Source of the DNA: Octopus bimaculoides
Lineage: Eukaryota
Direction of reading: 5' to 3'
Length of the DNA: 64,000 nt
Assembly: GCF_001194135.2 (NCBI RefSeq)
Contig: NC_068991.1
Span: 16,334,438-16,398,437 of the forward strand
Below the pieces are notes generated by a model. That model was given only the letters and a program-made list of their open reading frames with translations. It ran no database searches and was not told where the DNA came from. The position numbers and the translations under genes are program-made. Numbering within the stretch: the first letter of the stretch is position 1; each line of letters begins with the position of its first letter. Positions 27,678-38,222 of the stretch are shown here, piece by piece.

Positions 27678-29795
27678 GAAGGTGGTGAGCTGGCAGAATT
27701 ATTAGCACACTGGACAGAATTCTTGGCAGTATTTTGCCTGTCAGNNNNNNNNNNNNNNNNNNNNNNNNNNNNNNNNNNNNNNNNNNNNNNNNNNNNNNNN
27801 NNNNNNNNNNNNNNNNNNNNNNNNNNNNNNNNNNNNNNNNNNNNNNNNNNNNNNNNNNNNNNNNNNNNNNNNNNNNNNNNNNNNNNNNNNNNNNNNNNNN
27901 NNNNNNNNNNNNNNNNNNNNNNNNNNNNNNNNNNNNNNNNNNNNNNNNNNNNNNNNNNNNNNNNNNNNNNNNNNNNNNATACCGCTAAGCATTTCGTCTG
28001 ATGTGCTAACGTTTCTGTCAGCTTGTCGCCTTTCTGAGTTCAAATTCTGCCAAGGTTGACTTTGCCTTTCATCCTTTCGGGGTTGATAAAATAAGTACCA
28101 GTGAACACTGGGCTCGATGTAATCGACTAGTCATTAAATTTCAGGCCTTGTGCCTTTAGTAGAAAGGATTATTATTATTATTATTGTTGTTGTTGTTATT
28201 TGAATTGACAGAGTCACTGTGTGGCTGGCTAAATTGTTCTTGACATTTGTTCTCGCTCTTTTCATTCTGAGTTCAAATCTTACTGAGGTCAGTTTTTGTT
28301 CTTCATCCTTCCAATTCCAATAGAATAAAGTACCAGTCAGGTACAGGGTCAGAATATTCAGCAGTTCCCCTGTCTACAAGTTTTTAGTTTTGTGCCTCTT
28401 TAAGAAATTATAAGAGAAGTGGATTGGCAGAATTGTTATATAGCTGGATCAAAATATTTTTACGGTATTTGTTCCAGCTCTTTATATTTTTAGTTCAAAT
28501 CCTACCAAAGTCAAGGCCATTTTTGTCTTTCATCCTCTCAGGATCAAATTGGTCACAATTTGCTGGCCTTGTGCCAAAATTAGAAAGAATTGATTTAATT
28601 ATTATTTCTTGTGCTTCTTACAGATTTTAAAAACTGGCTTGATTTTCATTTAAGGTCTCTCCAGGGAGCCGTGTGGTTTTGTCTTCCACTGTATGGCACT
28701 TTGAACAGGTGTCTGCTACTATAGCCTTGGGCTAAGGAATTTCTTAAGAGTGAACTTGGTAGACAGAAATTGTCAGAAGCACATCATTTGTGTGTGTGTG
28801 TGTGAATACTGTTATTTTGCTTATCACTGTTTGAGGAAAATGGTGATGGTATTTATACTCTTTGATGTATAAATATTCCCTGGGTATACTGAAGTCCTTT
28901 GGAAAAAAAAATCCTTGACTTGTAAACAGGTGAGGGTTGACAACAGGTAGAGCATCTGGTTCTAAAATTCTGCTTCAAATCAATTCCTATCCAAGCCACG
29001 TTAGCATGGAAATGTTTGTTGAACAAACACACACTCGCACATATATTATCATCATTGTTACTTAGTGCCCGTGTTCCCATGCTAGCATGGGTTGGATGGT
29101 TTGTCAGTATCTATCAGATTTCAAGATTGCATTGTGCTCCAATGTCTGCCTTGGTATGGTTTCTACACCTCTATGCCCTTCCTATTGCTAACCACTTCAC
29201 AGTGTGCACAGGGTACTTTTTTTTATGACATCAGCACTTGTGAGGTTGTCATGCAGCCAGCACAACTAAATAACTAAGATCCCCATTAGTTGAGTGGAAC
29301 TACAGTAGAGAGGAAAGTAGCTTTATGCTATGAGATGAGGAAGAGGTTTAAGTATATGGTCTCACACACACACACAAGCATTTCATGTTACACTATGAAG
29401 CAGTACTCTGTACCGGAATTTTCAACTTAGTTCAAATATAACAGATTACTCAAATCCTTGTTAGTGTCCACATAAGTGGAGTCAAGATTGGCTAATTAGT
29501 AATGGTATCGAGTCATATTAGTTGTAATAATGAAATCAAACTAAATAGTGATATTTTGAAGTCATTTAATACATGTTTCAGGTTTGCATAATACTCTTTA
29601 CTCTTTTACTTGTTTCAGTCATTTGACTGCGGCCATGCTAGAGCACCGCCTTTAGTCGAGCAAATCGACCCCAGTACTTATTCTTTGTAAGCCTAGTACT
29701 TATTCTATCGGCCTCTTTTGCCGAACCGCTGTGTTACGGGGACGTAAACACACCAGCATCGGTTGTCAAGCGATGTTGAGGGGACAGACACACAA

Positions 29796-29867
<72 letters not shown>

Positions 29868-30633
29868 GACGGGCTTCTTTCAGTTTCCGTCTACCAAATC
29901 CACTCACAAGGCTTTAATCAGCCCGAGGCTATAGTAGAAGTCACTTACGCAAGGTGCCACGCAGTGGGACTGAACCCGGAACTATGTGGTTCGTAAGCAA
30001 GCTACTTACCACACAGCCACTCCTGCATAATAGGAAATGTATCCATTGCATAAAATCTTCCTCAGACACACATCATCATTTTATGTTGATATTTTTTCCA
30101 TGCTTGCTTTGATGGAGGTGTTGTCTCCAGTGCAATGTTTTGCTTTCTTGTTGCAGTTCTTTTTTTATCATCTTCCTTGTAACTTTCAGTATCCTGGGAT
30201 CATCTTCCATCACTTTTTCCCCCTATGTCTTCCTCATTTTCTCCCCACCTTCACAAGTTCTTTCTACTTTGATCACTTTACACTTTGCCCCAGTTGTCAG
30301 CCCCATATACATCACATATTTGCACAAGTCTTCTCTGTAGATTACATTTGATTTCTTTTACACCCAGTTTTTTTCTCTCAGCTCATTTGTCTTTCATTGT
30401 TTGTGTACATCAGCAACACACATCCAACAAAGCATGCTTATCTCATCATTTCATTGCAACCCTCACACATCCACCACAGAAATTATTGACTAGTTTTAAG
30501 GAGCTCTATGAGGATTTGAAAGAATTTATTTTGTGGGTGCTCTTCCTATTATCCATTCCTACACATTTGTGTATATTTGAGTTTGTGTATGTGTGTATAA
30601 ATATATTCATGTACACACACACACATGTATGTG

Positions 30634-30664
<31 letters not shown>

Positions 30665-33600
30665 ATGTATATATACACACACATGCACATATGTGGATGT
30701 GTTTGTATGAGTGTGTCATTTTGTCGAGTGTTTGAATATCAAACATGCTTAACTGTTGCATTATGGGATATCAGTTACTCAAACCTCTCTCACATTGACA
30801 TAAACATAAAACCCTGAGTAATTCTTAATATTGTTCTCATGATATATATATATATATATATAGTTCACAGATGAGATTCAGCGATTCTTCATATAGAAGA
30901 CACTTAGTAGTGCTCAAAAGATTCAAACTTAGACTCTGATGTCTTTACAGGGGATCGATTCCACAGAGTAAAGAATGGCTATCAGGGGGATAAAGTTGAA
31001 CGGGTATAGAGGCAATTATGTGGATAAATAAATTAGACACGTCAAATATATCAAATACAAAATATGTGTATATGTATACAAGCAAAATGGGTGAAAGCAA
31101 AAGATCGAAACTTTCTGGTGATGAATTTTTATGTATAAATATGTAGATATTTATATTAACAACTTACACAAACAACAGAGAAAATTAAAGGAGTTGTTTG
31201 TACTCTGTGTAAATTGGACAAATTAATGTAAATTTCTACATATTTATGCATAAAAATTTGTCACCTGAATGTTTTCACCTTTTGCTTTCTCTTGTTTTGC
31301 AGGTATACATATTTCGTATTTGATGTATTTAATATATTTGATATGTCTAATTTGTTTATCATAATTGCCTCTTTCTCTATACACACACACACACACACAC
31401 ATATGTACAAATATAATGTTTTGGTCCTAAAATCACCCACTAAGTTCTGTTTGGATTCTGATATCAACCAAATTCATTTTTTTTTTTTTGGAGGGTGATT
31501 TTATTGTTTGTTTCTTCCTTAGTATAAGATCTTGTGTCTCATTAGAGTCTCCATGAATTTGTAAATGTTGTTTTTTTTCAAGGTGCCTCTCTCCTACCTC
31601 CATAAGGAGGCTACAGCGACTCTGTGGCCTGAAGTAAAAGAAATCCATGCCACAATAGCGCCATTTCGAATCACTTCTCCTTACGGCTCCCTGGAAAGGT
31701 ACAACAGAGTAGAGTGTAGTTGAGAGAGATTGTAGACCATAATAACTATAATGATAATAATAATAATAATAATAATTAACAGTTATTTTTATACTAATTA
31801 TCACCAGTGTTTTTTTTGTTTGTTTTGCTGTGTTCAGTGAAAACCTAAGCCCTTCTCTTCAAACAATTATTGGACACATGTGCTTACATGTGTGTGCACA
31901 CATACGTACACACACACACGTACACACACTCCAAAATAAAATGTCATTGGATTGCATTTTTGTGTAGTTTATTCAATAGTTTTACTTTATTTTTCCCCCA
32001 TTTTTGGTTTTTATGTTTTCTGTATTTTAATATATATATATATATATATATATCACATGTGATCATGTGGCCAACCAGGCTATCAGATGTTATACATCGC
32101 TGATCACTATGTACTTTGCATTGTTTTTAGCCTTCAGATGATTCCAACCCGGTGGCTAGGCGAGCAGGTCAACATCCACTGCCCGATCGAAGGGTCACTA
32201 AAGCGATGTGAAATGCAGTGTTTTGCTCAAGAGCACAACATGCTGCCCAGTCAGGGAATCAAACCCATGAACTACCGATTATGAATGCAATAGCCTAACC
32301 ACTAGGCCACGTGCCTTCACATGTGGTTGGCCTGCTCGTCTAGCCAGCGGGCTGGCATCATTTGAAGACTAAATTGATGCAACAGCGAATTGTGACCAGT
32401 TATGTGTAACATGTGATAGCCTGGTCAGTCACGTGATCACATGTGATATACATATAATATATATATATATATAAATAATAAATTGATAGAAAAGACAACA
32501 AAAGAAAGAAAGAGACCTCGATATTATGTAAATAGAGGAATTTATCTGTAAAAATATGTGACAATTATTCGGTAGCCATGATAAAACTCCGAGTTTCGGA
32601 TGCCGGGGCAGAAACCCACGCCGCCATCTCTTCAGTTAACTGGCCCTTTGTTTAACGGTCATTTTCATAGGAACTTTCAATGGCCAGATAACTGAAGAGA
32701 TAGCAGCGTGGGTTTCTGCCCCGGCATCCGAAACTCGGAGTTTTATCATGGCTACCGAATNNNNNNNNNNNNNNNNNNNNNNNNNNNNTATGTAAATAAT
32801 AAATATATATATATGTAAATAATAAATATATATATATAATATGCTTATGAGTGAGTGTTACCATCGTACAAGTAGTGTCCATCATTGAAAATCTTTTGTG
32901 AAAACATGTCCAACCTGGAGAAATATTACTTTATTTGGAAACAAGTGAGGGTTGATGACGATCAGTGTATCCAGCTGTATAAAATCTGCCTCAATGGATT
33001 CTGTTTGACCAATGTGAGCATAGAAAAATGGCCATTGAAATGATGATGACATACAAACACACCTATATACAGATATGCATGCAAACATGTATACATATAC
33101 ATACAGTTGATCACACATACACACACACACACATGTATCAGTGCATGATCTAACACACTCACAAAAGGAGTTTGGGTGGGAGGTGTGTGTTTGTCTTGGT
33201 TACTCCAATTGTGTATGCATACTTTAGTTCATAGTTGGTCCCTGTGATTCTGGCCATGCTGGAGCATTTTCTTCTAACACTTGCTTTTGTTTAGTTTTGT
33301 TTTGTTTTGTTTGTTTTCTGTTTGCTTTTTGTTTGTTGGCAGAAATTTTGATTAATTTGCTTAAAAGAAGGTGAAAAAAAATAAGGTAATTAAATCAAGT
33401 AATTAAAAAAAAACAGTACTTTGTTTATTCTACAGATCTTTAGTTGAGTGACACTTCTCACTCATGTTCTTTTTAGTTGAGTGACGCTGCTCACTCATAT
33501 TTTTTTCTCTTTTCTGTTAATATTTTACTTGCTTAAAGTATGATCTGGAGATAATTAACCAATTCTAGGGAAGCCAAAAGTGCTCTCTTCAGATATATAA

Positions 33601-35910
33601 TGGTAATGGGGAATTGGAGTAAATGGTAGAGCATCAAACAAAATGCTTTGTGGTATTTAGTTATGGTTACCTGCCTTCTGATTTCAAATCCTACCAGACT
33701 CAGTTTTGCTTTACATCCTCCCAGGGTCAATAAAATGAAGTACCAATTAAGTAATAGGGATCAATATAGTCAGTTAAGGCCTTGTGCATATAGTGAAAAT
33801 TATTATTATTATTATTATTGTTAGCACATTGGACAAAATACTTAGCAGCATTTTGTCCATCTTTACATTCTGAGTTCAAATTTCACTAAGGTCAACTTTA
33901 CGTTTCATCCTTTCGGAGTTGATGTAATTGACTCCTCCCCACCCCACTGGAATTTCAGGTCTTGTGCCTATAGTAGAAAATATTATTATTATTATTATGA
34001 GGCAGCAAGCTGGCAGAATCATTAGCATGCTGGATGAAATGTTTAGTGTATTTCAGCTGTCACTACATTCCGAGTTCAAATTCTGCATAGGTCGATTTTG
34101 CCTTTCATTCTTTCAGGGTTGATAAATTAAGTACCAGTAAAATGCTAGGGTCAATGTAATCAACTAATCCCCTCTCCACAAATTTCAGGCCTTGTGCCTT
34201 TAATAGAAAGGATTATTATTATTATTAAAGTGGCACACTGGACAAAATGCTTTGTGGAATTTTTTCTGGCTCTACGTTCTAAGGTTCAAATTCTGTTGTG
34301 GCTAATTTTGCCGTTCATCCATTTGTGGTTGATAGAATAAATACCAGTTGTACACTAGGGTCAATGTAATCAGCTTACTATTTCCCCAAAAATTTCAGGT
34401 CTTGTACTTATAGTAGAAAGGATTATTGTTATTATTCAACTTGACTCCAGTTTGGTCTTGTTTCTGGTAGAATTTATATGGGTAGCAGGTTACTATCTGT
34501 AACCTTAGACATAACAAGCTTTCAATAATCTTTCAAGTGCACAACCCTTCTGATAATCTTCCCTGTTCTTAAGAAGCAAACTTTCTGTTCCAATCTGCTT
34601 CAATCATTTGTCTACATCATAACTCACAGTCCTTAATGCACCAATTATTGCTGATACAACCATTATAGTTTTCATAATCCAAATTCTTGCAATCTTATAT
34701 TTTAATGGATTTTAAAAAAAATTTTTCGTTGTCTTTCTTTACAATCCTGGAATCAAATGGACATGATGGATCAATTAGTCAGCAACTTCTCTTTTCCTTG
34801 TTATGTCTGGTTTATTATTTTCTATCGTCTTGTCCATTTGAAATGTGAAAATCCCATAAAATCTTGCATTTTTCCAACTCTACCAAGTACTTCCATCTTC
34901 AAGCTCCATTTCTTGTATTGTCCCTGAGCCAACTTAGGACATTCTGTAACGATGTGTGCCATTGTTTCATCCCAAATTCCACAAACTCTACGTTTTGTTG
35001 ACACCTTCTCCATGTGTACATATTTCCTCAAGTTGTTCTTTAATGCTTGGTTTTCAGCTGCTATAATAAGTCTCTCTGTTTCTGTTTCAAATTGCCCTTT
35101 TTTCAACCAATCCCAGTTTTTTCCCCCCCACATACATTATCAGTGGCTTTCCAACAGACCGTGCAATGGTTTCTCTTCAGTCTGTTTGACATAATCTCTG
35201 TAAATTTCATTTTTGTCTTTTTCTCTTTTTCCACACTTGATTGCTTATTTTTTATTCGCTGCCTTTAGTAATTTCTCTATGCTGTTCTGTAAATATTCTA
35301 GTACAGTTTTTCTTTCCATCTGTATACACTCTTCCGCGGCAGTTAAGCCTCTTCCATCCTGGTATCTCTTCAAGTACAACCATGTCATCGTCTTGCCTGT
35401 CTTAACCAGTTAATATCAGCTTTCGGATGGTGGGTTCCATACATTCATTGTCAACAGCTTTCTAGTTTTTTCTGTCAAGTTTCTGTATGTTGCTTTGGGT
35501 CCAGTTCATAAGTCCAGCTCCATATCTGATAACTGGTACTGCTCTTGCGTTTATTGCTTCAATAACCTTTTTTGAATTCAACTTTGACTTTAATATTTTT
35601 CTCACTATTTGTGATTTGTTTCATCTCTTCATGTTTTATTTCATCTCCTTCCAGTCTTCCCAAATACTTATTCCACTGTCCTTTCTCGTCTGCTTTTGTT
35701 GTTTTTCCATTTGGCATTTCAATTACCTGGCTTCCTTCAACTCTTCCTCGTTTCTTTATCACTATAGCGCACTTTTCAATCCCAAATTCCATACCTCTGC
35801 TTGTTGTCTTTTCATATAAAGCTTTATTTTATCCATAAAAAGATTATTTATCTAACCATATCCATTTCCCAAATCATAAGCCATTTTAATTTATCATCAT
35901 TATTATTATA

Positions 35911-35952
<42 letters not shown>

Positions 35953-37319
35953 GGGCAGTGTTATCAGTTTTGATAGAAAATCATGCAAGATACTTTGCTA
36001 TATTCAGTTTATGTCTCAAGTTCAAATCCTGACAGTTTTTAGCTACTTTTGCCTTCCATCATTCTGGGGTTGATACAATCAAGTTCAAGTCAAGGTACTA
36101 AGGCTGATATATTCAACTACATCCAGCTCTTGGACATTGTGCCTATGTTAGAATTATCATTATTATTATTAGGACAGAACTAGTAGAACATCAAAGGAAA
36201 AGCTTTGCAGTATTTAATTGAGTCCCTTTAGGTTCTGGGTTGAAATTCTGATTAAAAAAGATGTTTTTTGATTATTATTTTTGTTGCTTTCCATCCTTCT
36301 GTGGTCATAAATACCAGGTAGGTAGGACTGGGGACTATATAATGTATTTTCCTTCTTAGAATTCATGCTATTGTTCTGATGCTGAAAACTATCATTTATA
36401 CAACTTTTTTTTTTTTCAACCTTCTTTTAATATTGATTTGTTTTTGTTTATGAATCTTTTAATGTTTTTGGGTCAAATGCTTAAAACATCTATGTTGTTA
36501 TTGAGTTGTTAATGAAATTATTTTATGGATTGACTAATTAACTTAAACTTTAGAGATGAAAGATTTGTTTTGGTATTTATATTCAATGCAACATACCAAA
36601 CTTATCTCACAGAATCCTTAAATGGTTTTCAAAAAACAAGGAAAAACTGTGGAACTATTCACTGTATTTCACAGACAAACCCTACCATTTTAATTAGGCA
36701 CAGGTGTGGCTATGTGGTTAAGAAGCTGGCTTCCCAATCATATGGTTTCAGGTTCAGCCCCACTGTGCAGCACTTTGAGCAAATATTTTCTACTTTAGCC
36801 CCAGGCTAAGCAAAACCTTGTAAGTGGATTTGGTAGACAGAAACTGAAAGAAGCCCACCATATATATATAGATACATGTATGTATGTATTTGCGTGTCTG
36901 TGTTTTTTCCCCCCTGCCACCTTCGCTTGACATCCGATGTTGGTGTGTTTACATCCCTGTAACTTAGCAGTTCAGCTAATGAGACTGATAGAATAAGTAC
37001 TAGGCTTACAAAGAATAAGTCCTGGGGTTGATTTGTTCGACTAAAGGTGGTGCTCCAGCATGGTCGCAGTCAAATGACTGAAACCAGTAAAAAAAAAAAA
37101 AGAATATATATANNNNNNNNNNNNNNNNNNNNNNNNNNNNNNNNNNNNNNNNNNNNNNNNNNNNNNNNNNNNNNNNNNNNNNNNNNNNNNNNNNNNNNNN
37201 NNNNNNNNNNNNNNNNNNNNNNNNNNNNNNNNNNNNNNNNNNNNNNNNNNNNNNNNNNNNNNNNNNNNNNNNNNNNNNNNNNNNNNNNNCCAGTACCATT
37301 TGTCAAGTAGTGGTGGGGG

Positions 37320-37353
<34 letters not shown>

Positions 37354-38168
37354 GCATGCATGCAATGTACCTGTGCACACATTTAAAGGGCTTCTGAACA
37401 GTTTCCTTCAACCAAATGTTACTCACAAGGCTTTAGGTCAAGTTTATGGTAGAACACTCTTTGTTTAATGCATCATGCACTAAGCATCGAAATGGAGCTG
37501 TGTGATTGCAAAGCAAGCTTTTTGACCACATGACCCCTGCCAAAAATACATAAATAATAAAAATAAATTCAAAGGAAAATGATAAAGAATCTTTCATCTC
37601 TAAACAATAAATGTAATGGTAGGCTTATAGTCGTAATAATTAGAATCATAACCTAAATATTTTTTCTTAGTTTAGTGTGCTGTTTGCCTTGTTTCTCTAC
37701 TGACTCATGTTTCTGATTTCAGGTACCGTATACAGCCATAGATGTTGGCAGTAATTCTAAGTTACCAGCACGCTTAAAGATATTACACAGCAGATTAGAC
37801 AGACTTGAAATAACAAGCCATTATGGTCTATTCAGAGTGTAAGACCAGCTAACATTTCCTCCCTTTTAACACTCTTCTGCCCACTATACTGCCTTCTACC
37901 GTACCTCTTTTCCACTCCTCCTTCCTACTACAGCTATTATCTAATATGGCAACTTTCTGGAAAAGTGTGTATTTTGTATGGGTGTGTTGTTGTTTTGTGT
38001 CTTGTTGTTGTGTATATGTTGTATTTGCGTGTCTTTTGCTGTATTTGTTTTGTTTGTGTGTTTTGCTGTAATTGTGTGTATGTGTGTTGCCGTGTGTGTG
38101 TGTGTATACCTTTGATGTGTTTGTATAAACTATACTGTATGATGTGTGGTAGTTGTTGCATGTATGTG

Positions 38169-38222
<54 letters not shown>

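Noticed and set aside
24712-37095. SINEs as the recombination substrates that duplicated exon 11
   Set aside because: The SINE-C copies are near-identical (young) whereas the exons are about 65-75% diverged at the protein level (old), so the SINEs post-date the duplications
26178-37838. The three exons as parts of separate paralogous genes or retrocopies
   Set aside because: No neighbouring LMF2 exon is duplicated, and each copy has its own splice sites in the correct phase within one gene
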